From: Lingula anatina
Taxonomy: Eukaryota; Animalia; Brachiopoda
Direction: 5' to 3'
Length of the DNA: 64,000 nt
Assembly (NCBI GenBank): GCA_051362555.1
Contig: CM120646.1
Span: 21,328,001-21,392,000 of the forward strand
Part shown: piece after piece, positions 42,948-55,337 of the stretch
Position numbering within the stretch: the stretch's first letter is position 1
Layout of the letters: the number at the start of each line of letters is the position of its first letter
Program-made: the position numbers and the translations under genes
The notes under the pieces: model-generated
The model's database searches: none
The model's input: the letters and a program-made list of their open reading frames with translations, nothing else
What the model was told of the DNA's origin: nothing

Positions 42948-44460
42948 AATAAAAAAGTAAGTTTTTGCAGTAAATGTTGAGTGAATGTAGATTTGCTGGT
43001 AGATAAAATATGTACGTACTCGGTTTCTGAATTGAGAGACCAACACATAACTGGCTGAACTCTCTGCTCCATTAGTTATATTAAGAATAAATACAGTAAT
43101 AACAAAAAATGATATAGGATTGTACACAGTAGCAGCCCTTACTAATCAATGTGTATTATTAGAAGTAACAAAATTACTTATCTTGGCATAAGTTTATAGA
43201 AAGTGAATGGCTGTAGACGGGAAATAAAAAATTGGTGCCTGTGTTGTAGTCAGTAAAACCACTCCAGAGATGAAGGCTTGTATTTATAAATAGGGTCTCT
43301 TTTTTTGTATCTCCCTTGTTGGTATTTAGGTCTGTCATACTTTTATAATGTACTTTTTCAAAGGCCTCCATGATCTGCAATATCTTATCCTTGGTAAAAT
43401 ATGCAAAGGTCCCCATAAATGCCCATCAAAACATGTTGTTACAGTAAAGATAGATATAAAAATAGCTTTGACTAGAATGTTGAGAATGTTTGAAAATATA
43501 TGATATAATATAAGCTATTTTTTCCTGTGTACACTATTGGTCAATAATTTAGTGATAGAAAAGATGTAAGGGTTAAAGCAAAACAGAAATATGAGTCTGA
43601 TGGTCTGCAGATGTAATTTTCATTTGAGATAGGAGAAGAGAGCTTAATTTAAAATCTTTTTATTCAGCAGTGTAAGGCAGTGGCTCCCATGTGTTCAATG
43701 GGAAAAGTTGTGAATTTTACAGATACTGTATTTTTTAAAGTCATAAAGTCTTAAAATTAGAATATTTTTTATTGAGTGGTAACAACAAAACTGAAAAGCA
43801 GGCTACCTTATTGTTCAGTTTTACGCAGAAATAAGGTTCTTAAGTAACATAACTGAAAAAATGATAATTTTTTCCCTTTGAAAATATCGTAGTCAATAGC
43901 TTAGTGTTTAACTGTTAATTCAGCAAAAAATACCAGTGTTGTTAGCTCTCCAGCTGCGCCTTGAGTCTCTCTTTCTTCTTGGCCAAAACTGACCGCTGGC
44001 TACAAAAGTAGGTCACTCACTATCAAGTAAATTACACCGAATGACCATACATATGCCAGTCTGGACATTACTGTCTGGACAGTTGCCTATTACTTTTCAT
44101 GTTAAATAAGAGAGGCAAGTGATGGCTTGAGTTATTTATATAAATATATTTCATTGGGACTTTGCAACAGCATGTTTTTACTGTGTGGGAAAAGTAAGGA
44201 CATTTGTTTTTGAGTAATTGATGGTTAGATTTTTGGTCTTGCTGTTAGTTTGACATTTTGAAATAAAAATTGATTAGATGAAATTAAAAAGAATTGATAA
44301 GAAAAGAAAAAGCAGGTAACTGAGGTTTTTGCTTACAAAAATGTAACTTGAAGGATCATCTTTGCACAGAGTCAGAGTATTATTTTAGCATTATAATATA
44401 TCAGGTGTTCAAGTGCTTTTTTCTCCTTTTCCCCCCAGGTCGTTCCTTCCATGTAGTGGT

Positions 44461-44530
44461 ATGGATCCCGGGAAGTCATCAAACTCCCAAAGTCCTGGGC
44501 GAGGCATGTTTGACGCTGCCAATCTTATCA
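44461..44530 (+). CDS. BAZ2B: BAZ2B/toutatis-like gene, first coding exon (exon starts at 44439)
   Basis: Strong acceptor TTTTCTCCTTTTCCCCCCAG|; ATG at 44461 gives MDPGKSSNSQSPGRGMFDAANLI; donor A|GTAAGT, phase 1, in frame with the next exon. Confidence 0.7.
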
Positions 44531-45801
44531 GTAAGTACATCTGGTATTTACAAACTTCATTTGTTTTTTTTTTTATTTTAGGAATTTTATATTTTACATT
44601 TTTGTCTTTCTTGATTTAGATAAGTCTTGTGTTAAGAATCACTTTTATACTAATCAAGTGTAAACAGTATCCTTACATTCCATTATTATGGCTGTGATGA
44701 TTGATTCTGGAAACTTGAAAAAATTATAGACACTCGATAATAAATGACAAGGGGTGATATTCATTGTTCCGAGTGTCAGGTAACCAGTTAAAATTGACAG
44801 AAGTGCTAATTGACAATTATAACAATGTAATTAACCCAGGTAAAGTGGCTACATAGGAAACATCTCCAGGGTTGTGGGCTGAGGAAAATGTCTTTTGGGG
44901 GGGGGGGGGGGGGGGCATTTGTAGGGCTAAAATAATTTTTAAGGAAGTTTGTTTTAGTACTCCTCTAGGTATTGACTGGAGAAAAAGTAAGAGGCTTTGA
45001 TGGACTAGGAGTTAAGAATTGGGTAGCATTTTGTAAAGAACTCCTTTCCTCCCACTATATTTTTCCCCAAAAATCTCTGTGGGTGAGGGAGGGTGGGTTG
45101 GGGTGTCTGTTTTTCCGAACCTTCATGTCTCTCCTTTTCCAGCATTGAACTAATGGAAATTTGCTAGAGTGCTGTTTTCTCTCTTATAAAATTAGGGAAA
45201 GAGATAAAAATGGATATTCTCCAAGATGCAGCTAATGTATCATATATCTGACTCATTGCCATAATTTTCTGCCTCACTGTTTACAACATCTGCTCTCTTT
45301 TTAGTGGCTCTCTTAATATTTTAGTAATTAAAAAGCACATCATTTTGATTAAAATTCAGTTAAGTTTTACCTCATAACATTTGCTGGTACATATAAACAG
45401 TGTCTATACAGGCATCATCTTTGCTCTTGATTTGATGCAAAGGTCAGATTAACATGATTTTTTATAGAACAGTAAATTATACTTATTCAAATGAGAATGC
45501 TGAGGGAGATCTATATTGCATAGAAAGAAAGCAATAAATATCCATTCAAATATATTTCAGGAAATATGAAACAATGCACTTTGGTATTTCTCTCTAGATT
45601 GTACTATTTGAAACTTTGGTGGTATTTTGTCGGGTTTTGTGGCAAAACAAATGGACTTTAGATATATCTTTAAGTATTGTAGTAAATGAATTTGTTTTTG
45701 GAGTCTGAGGGTAATGTTAAGAGTGGCAAGGCAACTTAGAAGAGGGGTTCAAGTCATGTCAGTGTGTTAAGGTCCTTTTCAGGACTATCTTAAGTGTTTA
45801 A

Positions 45802-46015
45802 GGGCGTATTCCCAGACATTTAGATTGATCTATCCCCGTGGGGAGTCTCACTAGATTACTGTCAGATAGTCCGGCTTAAATGTCCGTCCTGCCTACTACA
45901 AGCTGTAAGGGGGTAATTAACTTTCGTGCCCGCTCGGCTGACAGCTATTTAGCGTGAACCCCCAGGGAGTTAGGTCGATCTAGTTTGGATCGATCTAATC
46001 TCTGGGAATGGGGTC
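45802..46015. mobile_element. MITE copy 2 (inverted relative to 5720-5929), TAA-like flanks, possibly PIF/Harbinger-type
   Basis: TAA-GGGCGTATTCCCAGACATTTAGATTGATC ... GATCGATCTAATCTCTGGGAATGGGGTC-TAA; internal homology to copy 1. Confidence 0.8.
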
Positions 46016-48675
46016 TAAAACAGTTTTAAGTCTGTCCCCAGAAAGTTACTAGTAAGTAGATCCAGCCTGACTGTGACCCTTGGAAATAAAATTATAGTTA
46101 AGGGGAGGAGGTTATGAAATTCGAGGGTGCTGATATAAGGTGATACACAGGGAGACGACACACTCAGAGATTTTGTTCCAAAATTCATGGCCACCAGATC
46201 TGCAAATACTTCATACTTACTATCTTGGGCAAAAACTTCTATATAATTGATGTATTTAAAATAATTCACCCCCCCCCCCACCCCCACCCCTACGAGCAAC
46301 TATTGGTGTAGATTGATATCAAAATCTTTTGGATATGACATGATGAATCATGCACACTATGGTAAAAAGTCAGTACCACCATACACAATAATGGCAGATC
46401 AGTTGTCTGGTCATTAGATTGGTCAAAGTGAAACAGGTGTTTGTGACCATATGGTTTGTGTAGATTCTGGGTTAATTAATTTATAAAAAATATAAGTGCA
46501 GTCTGAGACATCTGCGTAACCATGTGGTCAAATATTTGTATAGAAATCAGGACTGTGAAAATTGTGATTTTTCTGCTTGGAAACATTAATTGAAGATACA
46601 GATACAGATATATTTAAAATATCACATCAGGCAAATATAAGTTCTAATAAGGATATTAGTTAGTGTTTTCTGTTGCAAGTTAGATTTATTAAACACTATG
46701 AAAAGTGTGACAAAATGTCGAAAATTTTGCTGTGGAACTTTCAAAGACATCAAACAGTGGACAGGGAGTTACATTCCACCTTCTACTTACTAGAAAACCC
46801 TAGACTTCTTTATTGATTTCTGTGCCTTAAAGCTGAAGCAGAACAAGCAGAAATTTGCCAAATGACAGCCTGAAAATGATGTCCAAGATCTAAATTACTC
46901 AGATGAAGCGAGAACACGCTATCTTTCTTCTTCTGATACAGTAAGTGGAGTGGTCGTATGTTTTATGAAGTATGAAAGTGTTTCCTGAAGCATAGCTGCA
47001 GAATATTTAACTCCACAAGAAGTTATTTAATACAGTAAAGTACTTTCACAATAACAGAATAAGCACATATTGTGGATATTTATTTGCAATATTTAGAAAA
47101 TACTTAATTGTCACTAGGGTATAAATAAAACGTAGCAAATACAGAAAGGGGTTGATAAAATTGGCTCACTATGGTAGCACTGCTGCCATCTGGTGATGCC
47201 TTTTTCTGCAGGTATCGCTCCGAAATGGACCAGAATTTTGTAGCAAAAATTTTAATGAGAGTTAAGAATTTTGGTAGTTTTTTGTTTTGTTTTTTCTCTG
47301 AGAATTGACTTAGTTTTAGACATACCTAGTGGGGACAGTGGTGAAAGTTAAATTACAAATTTCAAATTATTATATAGATAATTTACTTGGCCCAAAAAAA
47401 TCTCACAATAATCATTTCGAGTGAGCTTTAGAGCTATAAATGATGCTTCTGTTGGAAATAATCCTTTGAGCTTTACTTGTAAACTGAGTTATTTGTCTTA
47501 AGTTTGTGAATAAGAGGAAATAAGCTATCAGCTTTGTGAATTTTTGTGGCCATCAGGCTACAAGATTTGAATTATATCTTTTTTTTCAGACCCACCACCA
47601 AACACTGCTTGTTATGTAAGGCAAATCATACTACCATGTTGGTAAAAAAATCAAAAGTAAAAAGAAAGAAAGAAGAAAAAAAGAAGTACCTGTAACACTA
47701 GCATAGTTGCTATTAAGATTATTTGAGAAAGCTTCTGAAAGGAATCATTTTAAGCAAAGTTTTATTTTTAAATTAATTAAATAATAATAACAATAACAAT
47801 AATATGAAGTTAAAATTGTAAATAGACAAAATTCAATGAATCATGGTATTGAAACAGAGTACACATTCATGAAAACTTCTGAAATTGTTTTTTTTAGGGG
47901 TCATTATCAAATGTATAAAAATCTGTGCAAAAGATGTGACCACTACTCCTCCATTGTGATGGCTTCAACTATTGATTCCTCATGTGCTAAACATCACATA
48001 TTACATCAACGAGGCAGTAATTTTAGGAGTTATTTTAGATAATAGTGACTTAAGCAGATCTGTTTCGAACATCAGATATCATCCTATGGCATCGGTGGAG
48101 TTAGAATTCTTAATTATTGTATATTGTTAGTATTTACTGGTAAAGGTGTGTTCTTAGACTTGCCGATGAAATAAAATAATTTTGTATTATATCTGGGCGT
48201 ATGTTATTATTTTATCATTGGCATCTCTGGATTACTAGTATTTTGAATTGGTACTGATAGACACAGATGTTGCTCAGTGTTAGAGAGTTCAATCACTAGT
48301 ACTGGTATTGTGTTGCTAAGTAGAACATGGGAATTGAAGCCTCTATTCATATTTCAAGGAAATAGAAAATAAAAGTCTAAAATGCTGTCTGATGGGATGT
48401 ATTAAGGCACTGACCAGAAAAAAAAACGTGTTTTCATTGACTAGAAGTCCCAATATTTCACTGGAGTGGACTGCTGTTATTTATTATGGGTTACTGAGTA
48501 TAAGAGTGCTGAACATTTGCTGTAGCATAACAAAGGACCATTATTATTATTATCTTTTCTTGTAAAACCAGTCCCAGGTTTTCCAGTGAAGCATTCATAC
48601 TTCTTATATTTAAACTGTGCTTATAATGATGCCAGCTGATGGCACTACAATGTTGTGATTGTGATTGTGTTTCAG

Positions 48676-48834
48676 GCCCATTCAGCACAGCTACCACATC
48701 ATCTTCCTTTGTCCCTCTCTCCAGCATCCCCAGTGCTTTCTCCATGTTTGGTCGCCACCCTGTGTTCCCACCGCCCTTTGGAGGACTAGGTGTATTGAGC
48801 CCAGGGATTGGTCCAGGAATTGGACCAATGACAG
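48676..48834 (+). CDS. BAZ2B: BAZ2B/toutatis-like gene, second coding exon
   Basis: TTTCAG| ... G|GTAAGT, phase 1-1; encodes LSSIPSAFSMFGRHPVFPPPFGGLGVL, resembling the recalled human BAZ2B N-terminus LSTVSSAFPMVSHPVF...FGGLGTL. Confidence 0.8.
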
Positions 48835-50220
48835 GTAAGTTTAGAAACTTCTGTGTTATATACCCTCTCCTCCCCCTCCCCACCACCACCAGATTAAAAA
48901 TTATTTAAAGATTCTGCATTAATAATAACCTGTCTAACTGTTTTGAAGTGCTGACTGGTTTTTATGCTTAAAGCTTATATGTATTGAAAAAGAAAAGAAG
49001 AAAAAAAAAATTCAAGCACATGCGCGAGGATGCATATCTTGTAGATGACAATTTATTTAAATATTCCATTTTTGGCAAGAGCACTAGATGAATAACAGTA
49101 AGCCTTCTGGTTGTTCTAGCAGTAGCAGAATATGACAAAGTCCTTCAACCAGTTTTGTAACAGCTAGAAAGCCTCTGATAGAAATTAAATCAATATATAA
49201 CATGTTAAGGATCATAGTAGTGTTACAATCTATCATACTTGATTAATTAACCCTTTTGATGTTATGTCAAATGCCGATATTTCATTTATTTTAAAACAAA
49301 TGAACTTTCTGTGTTACTAACTTGACAGCAGGCATACTTTATCACAAATCAGACAATAGAGCTACTAAATGTTTTCAGTAATTACTGAAAACATTTATTT
49401 AAGTATCATTAAGTTTAGTGAAACTAAAACCTATATGCCAGTATAACAGTTTGTTGGTAAGATTTCTGAACTGGTTGTCACAGGATTCATAATCTTGATG
49501 ACAGAAATTCATATTTTTGGTCATTTTGTGTATAAATACATTTTATGTCCTTTTTGATCTAACAATTTGATCTTATGCCTAATTTCATGTCACAGACTCA
49601 TTGTGCTGTTTTTTTTCTTTTTTTCATTCTTTCTTTCTTTTTTGCCTGCTTCTGCTGATTGCACATATTCAATTATTGTATCAATCGCTACCTGCATTAA
49701 AATTCCTAAACTGGGTGTTTTTTAAAGTTGTTTTTAAAAAATCCCAGTACGTGTCTGTTTTGTTAAATGAAAATAAAGTTTGGAATTTCATATGAAGTGG
49801 TCTTTAAAAGGTCAAATAGCATCACCTGGAAAACAATAACCTAAGATTAAAAGAAGAAACACGTGTATATAAAGTTTAATCCTCATTGTATGACTTTTAA
49901 GATCTACAGGAAAAATATTCACAGGAAGTGGCTGCTGTATGTCTTGTAAATTATTCTGATAAAAAATTAAGCTTTTTTTTTTTTTTTTTTTTAAAGTTAT
50001 CATCAGTTTTATCAGTGGACATTAACATAAATTTTATTTTTTCAATATACTTAGTGCAGCTGCAGTGGATATAACTGTTTAGGGCTTGTGCAATATGCAT
50101 GGCTGACATTTCAGATGCTAAACTTATATTTTATGCTTACATGCAATATTTATGATATGCCACATACGCAAATACGTAGGCATTTTATTTACATTTATGA
50201 TATGCCACATAGGAAAACAC

Positions 50221-50444
50221 ATGGATTGCATTCAGATCACACATTGTAGTAGCTGGGTCTGTTCAACTCTGCAGGGGATTGTCAATAAAGTGAAATCAGT
50301 GGCATTAGCTGACATACATCCTAGGGGGAAATTAACTTTTGTGTGCTGATTAAGATTCAACTGATTGCACTTCAGGGACAATCCCCCTCCCCCCAGAGTT
50401 AGACTGATTTAGCTAGTACGATGTGTGAATCTGAATGTGTCCAT
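50221..50444. mobile_element. MITE-like long inverted repeat, with a further partial copy at ~50490-50570
   Basis: CATTCAGATCACACATTGTAGTAGCT..AACTCTG..GGGGATTGTC pairs with GACAATCCCC..CAGAGTT..AGCTAGTACGATGTGTGAATCTGAATG. Confidence 0.6.
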
Positions 50445-50811
50445 AAACACTTTCACCGTTAATTGAGGAAGCATAGAATTAGGGAGAATTCAGATTCAGA
50501 CATTGTACCAGCTAGATCAATCCGCCTCTGCAGGGATTCTCACCAACGCGCAGTCAGTGTAATCAGCTTTAATACTGGGTTCCCATACCTAGATCAATCT
50601 AACAAGTTTATTTCCTATTGGGACTTCAAAAGTTAATTTCCCCCTTTTCTTAAGAATACTGTGCAATTAACCACCATGCACATAGGCAATGCACAAGACT
50701 TTGGCGATAACATGATAATTCTGATCCATCCCTAATGACTGATGACTGCCCCTTTCCAGTGAATATTATATTTAACCAAATAGTATTTTACTAGGGGTAA
50801 ATGGACAACAG

Positions 50812-52341
50812 TTATGTCATACAGATTTTTCTGTAAAGCAAGTGGGCAATAAGTTTTCCTGTGCCACCGACAAATGAAACATCCCCATCGTTTGTCTTTT
50901 TTGCACACATGAAGTGATAACCTTCACAGGTTGTATCATTCATGGGATGTACAATGTGGAACGCATCAAAAACTTCCACCCCTAGTTTCTTCATTTTCGG
51001 TCCCAAAATTTCATTGGTTGCTGATTTCATAAAATAATTGCTATCTTTTCTCCATTCTCCGGCTGTCTGTATGTTAAAGTAGATCAGATGAACCTTTGCC
51101 TGTTTGGGATTTCGCTTAATACGGCTTATGACATTGAAGATAATTTTGCTATGATTTAGAATGAGGTGCCTTGCATTTCTACGAGCCAGGTCCCATTGAC
51201 CAAAACCTAAAACTATAACATCAGATGCAGACCATGTAGATCGTGACATCAGGTGCTTTTGGAGATTTGCAGCTGCAACATGTGGATAATTCCCCCACAT
51301 TGCTGCAATGTTTTCATTGTAGAAAAAAAGTCCATCTTGAATACCAGTCAAAGCGTATGGATATTTCATACTGAGTAAATGCATTAAGTAAAGACTAAGG
51401 TATCTCATGTGAGAGTCCCCTATGAAAGAGATGCTGGATTTATTTTTTTGACAACTAAGCAGTTCAGTTTGGGTCAAAAAAGGCAGCAAAAGGCCTGTTT
51501 GGGACCCCCATTGCCACGTACCATTTACTTTCCACCAGCGTCCATGCAGGTACTCTGTTATATTCCCACTATATGGGTAAGCTTCAATGTTCAGTCTCTC
51601 CTTGGAATTTGGGCATACATTGTTATATATACTTATTTTTTGCTTTAATCTTCCTGGCCATAAGATGCTAAAATTTTCATGATGCCTGTACCCCTCAAAG
51701 TTAACAAACTCCAAGAAGACAGTGATGTTGACACATGTATGTATTCTTGGACAGTGAGCAGTGTAGGTGCCATTAAAGTAGTCTTGGACAGGACACCACA
51801 TCCTCTCTCCACCCATTATTGTGATTCTGAATCCACTTCCCCCAGTGGACAGTGTACTTTGGCCATTGTGAACAAATTCAGTGATGTTCAAGATGACATA
51901 ATCTGGATTGGGTAGTTTTCGGATTAACTGTACTTGATGATGGTACTGCTTGGCATCAGACTTGTACTTGGAATAATCCAAAGGAGAAGTTGTTATATCT
52001 GGTTCTTTTGTGAAGTTTGTTATGGTCCAGTAATGGTAAAGTTGCAACATTTCTGTTGGACCAAAACGTGTGGGCTCTTTAATGAATCTGTCCTCTGGCT
52101 TTTTAAAATCAATAGGTAGTAAAGTGTTCTTTTGTTCTGCCAGGAACATCATACAAAATAGAACAGCAACAATCAGAAGAACTTTGCAGTAAAAAACATA
52201 TTGAAGTAACCTATGAGTACCTTGTTCTGCAATACACATCTTTACATTCATCTTCATTTTACCATCAAGTCTTGATAAAAGAAAACAACATTTGAAGCCA
52301 CCCAGAAAATTCATTTGACCACAGTCTTCATGAATATTCAT
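50812..52341 (-). CDS. NXPE/PC-esterase-like (SGNH-type) type II membrane protein, copy A, intronless ORF (alternative start 52257)
   Basis: 509-aa ORF; TM VLLIVAVLFCMMFL; GGSGFR...VQDYFNGTYTA NXPE Ig-like motif; FIGDSH; GQWD; FDAF...CEGYH. Confidence 0.85.
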   Translation of the reverse strand: MNIHEDCGQMNFLGGFKCCFLLSRLDGKMKMNVKMCIAEQGTHRLLQYVFYCKVLLIVAVLFCMMFLAEQKNTLLPIDFKKPEDRFIKEPTRFGPTEMLQLYHYWTITNFTKEPDITTSPLDYSKYKSDAKQYHHQVQLIRKLPNPDYVILNITEFVHNGQSTLSTGGSGFRITIMGGERMWCPVQDYFNGTYTAHCPRIHTCVNITVFLEFVNFEGYRHHENFSILWPGRLKQKISIYNNVCPNSKERLNIEAYPYSGNITEYLHGRWWKVNGTWQWGSQTGLLLPFLTQTELLSCQKNKSSISFIGDSHMRYLSLYLMHLLSMKYPYALTGIQDGLFFYNENIAAMWGNYPHVAAANLQKHLMSRSTWSASDVIVLGFGQWDLARRNARHLILNHSKIIFNVISRIKRNPKQAKVHLIYFNIQTAGEWRKDSNYFMKSATNEILGPKMKKLGVEVFDAFHIVHPMNDTTCEGYHFMCAKKTNDGDVSFVGGTGKLIAHLLYRKICMT

Positions 52342-53021
52342 ATTTCCCTCTGTGTTACCAGCATCATATTATTTATTCATTATTTATGGACATATGGATA
52401 AGACTTGATCATTCCAATGTGGGGAACATTATGAATTTTACAGATACTGAATTTTTATTGTAATAAATTCTTAAAACATTCGAATTGAGTGTTAATAACA
52501 AAACTGGAAAGCTGGCTACCATTAAGTTTTATTCTTGAGAATAAAATCACCATATATAGAGATATAATTTTTATGACTCCAAAATAATGTTGCTGAGGGA
52601 TTGGTACCTTTTCCCAACTGAAAATATTGAGTTATTACGTTATTAATATAGGAGAACAGGACCTGGCTTACCCCATTTTCTCATCTACCTGTATTTGGTC
52701 CTTTGTAATTTGAAAAACCAATGAATGATTTCATTATTAGAGTTCACTCGAGTTGGTGAAAGGTGCGGAAATGGTAATTTAAGTTCAGTCAGCCATGTTC
52801 CTTTGCTGATGAGACTACTTAATACTTTTATTTTAATTTTGCCCTGAAAATGTGTGAATTAACTGTAATAATTAATATGCAATAAGTCATTTCAGGCACT
52901 GATTGACATAAACTCTCTTCTGGCACTTGTCTGTTTAACTTGCCCGTGAACAATTTTTGGGATGTAGTAATGGGATATTGCTATTGTATATAATAAACAG
53001 CTGGTTTATGATAAACTTGAC

Positions 53022-53272
53022 TTAAGTCATGCAGATTTTTCTGTAAAGTAACTGGGCAATGACTTTACCTGTATCACCAACAAATGTTACAGTGCCATGC
53101 CTTTTCTTTTTTTTCGGACACAAGTAGTGAACAAGATCACAAATTGTATCAGTCATAGGATATACAATGTGGAATGCATCAAAAACTTCCACACCAAGTT
53201 TCTTCATTTCTGTTCCCAGTATTTCATTGGTTGCTGATTTCATGAAATAATTACTTTTCTCCTCGCTCCACC
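53022..53272 (-). pseudogene. NXPE-like 3'-end cassette B (C-terminal ~80 codons only)
   Basis: MKSATNEILG...DLVHYLCPKKKKRHG...RKICMT*; upstream it is fused directly to 3'-flank sequence and has a small deletion. Confidence 0.8.
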
Positions 53273-53418
53273 AGTCATTTCAGGCACTGATCAACAAAAA
53301 TTCTTTTCAGGCACTTGTCTGTTTAACTTTTCTTCAAACAATATTTGGGATGTATTAATGAGATACAGCCAGTTCGGATAATAAACAGCTGATATAAATT
53401 GTTTTTTTTTTGTAGGAC

Positions 53419-53670
53419 TTAAGTCATACAAATTTTTCTGTAAAGTAACTGGGCAACGGCTTTACCGGTATTACCGACAAATGTTACAGGAGCAGACATT
53501 TGCTTTTTTGGACACAAGTAGTGAACAAGATCACAAATTGTATCAGTCATAGGATATACTATGTGGAATGCATCAAAAACTTCCACACCAAGTTTCTTCA
53601 TTTCTGTTCCCAGTATTTCATTGGTTGCTGATTCCATGAAATAATTGCTATCTTTTCTCCATGCTCCACC
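53419..53670 (-). pseudogene. NXPE-like 3'-end cassette C (C-terminal ~83 codons only)
   Basis: GGAWRKDSNYF...DLVHYLCPKKQMSAP...RKICMT*; same junction (CCACC|AGTCATTTCAGG on +) as cassette B, ~398-bp period. Confidence 0.8.
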
Positions 53671-53817
53671 AGTCATTTCAGGCACTGATCAACAGAAATT
53701 CTTTTCAGACACTTGTCTGTTTAACTTGCCTTCAAACAATACTTGGGATGTATTAATGGGATACTGCCAGTTCGGATAATAAAAAGCTGATATAAATTGT
53801 TTTTTTTTTTGTAGGAC

Positions 53818-55337
53818 TTAAGTCATACAAATTTTTCTGTAAAGTAACTGGGCAACGGCTTTACCGGTATCACCGACAAATGTTACAGGACCAGACATTT
53901 CCTTTTTTGGACACAAGTAGTGAACAAGATCACATATTGTATCAGTCATAGGATATACTATGTGGAATGCATCAAAAACTTCCACACCCAGTTTCTTCAT
54001 TTCTGTTCCCAGTATTTCATTGGCTGCTGATTTCATGAAATAATTGCTATCTTTTCTCCATTCTCCACCTGCCTGTATGTTAAAGTAGATCAAGCGAAGT
54101 TTTGCCTGCTTGGGATTTCCCTTTATACCTCTGATGGCGTCAAAGATAATTTTGCTGTGTTTTAGAATGAGGTGTCTTGCATTTCTACGAGTCACATCCA
54201 TTGACCGAAACCTAGAACTATGACATCGGATGGAGACCATGTAGATCGTGACTTCAAATGCTTCTGGAGATTTGCAGCAGCAACATGTGGATAATTTCCC
54301 CACATTGATGCAATACTTTTATTGTAGAAAAATAGTGTATCTGTAGTGCCATCGGGGAGGTGTGGATTTTTCATGTTGAGTAAATATATTAAATAAAAAC
54401 TTATCACTCTTATGTGGGAGTCCCCAATGAAAGACATGCTAGATTTATTTTTTTGACAATGTAGCAGTTCAGTTGTAGTCAAAAAAGGCAGCAAAAGACC
54501 TGTTTTGGACCCCCATCGCCATGTACCATTAACTTTCCACCAGCGTCCCTGGAGGTACTCTGTTATATTCCCACTAAATGTGTCAGCTTTAATGTTCAGT
54601 CTTTCCTTGGATCTTGGACATACATTGTTATATATATTTAGTGTTTTTTCTAGTCTTCCTGGCCATGCAATTTTATATTTATGGTGCCTGTAGCCCTCAA
54701 AGTTGACAAACTCCAAGAAGACAGTGATGTTGACACATGTATGTATCCTTGGACAGTGAGCAGTGTAGGTGCCGTTGAAGTAGTCTTGGACAGGACACCA
54801 TATCCTCTCTCCACCCATTATTGTGATTCTGAATCCACTTCCCCCAGTGGACAGTGTACTTTGGCCTTTCTGAACAAATTCATTGATCTTCAAGATGACA
54901 GAATCTGGATTGGGTAGTTTTCGGATTAACTGCACTTGATGATGGTACTGTTTGGCATCAGACTTGTACTTGGAATAATCCAAAGGAGAAGTTGTTATAT
55001 CTGGTTCTTTTGTGAAGTTTGCTATGGTCCAGTAATGGTAAAGATGCAACATTTCTGTTGGACCAAAACGTGTGGGCTCTTCTATGAATCTGTCCTGTGG
55101 CTTATTTACATCAGTAGGTAGAGAGGCGTTCTTTTGTTCTGCCAGGAACATCATCAAAAATACAACAGCAACAATCAGGAGAACTTTGCAGTGAAAAACA
55201 TATTGAAGTAACCTATGAGTACCCTGTTCTGCAATCCGCATCTGTACATTCATCTTCATTTTACCATCAAGTCTTGATAAAAGAAAACAGCATTTGAAGC
55301 CACCCATTAAATTAATTTGATCACAGTCTTTTTTCAT
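53818..55337 (-). pseudogene. NXPE-like copy D, full length with a 1-nt frameshift at ~54198
   Basis: Two overlapping ORFs (54192-55337 and 53818-54303) rebuild one gene; + strand ATCCATTG versus GTCCCATTG in the paralogs. GDSH and DLVH are intact. Could be an assembly error. Confidence 0.75.

Noticed and set aside
42540-43440. Possible decayed LINE 3' end or short minus-strand ORFs
   Set aside because: No recognisable reverse transcriptase or endonuclease motifs.
47181-47196. Second CTCF-like motif (minus strand CACCAGATGGCAGCA)
   Set aside because: A single imperfect match is expected by chance in 64 kb and has no supporting context.
53022-53700. Cassettes B and C as alternatively spliced last exons
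   Set aside because: No convincing acceptor or polypyrimidine tract at their 5' junction and no matching donor in the intronless copy D.
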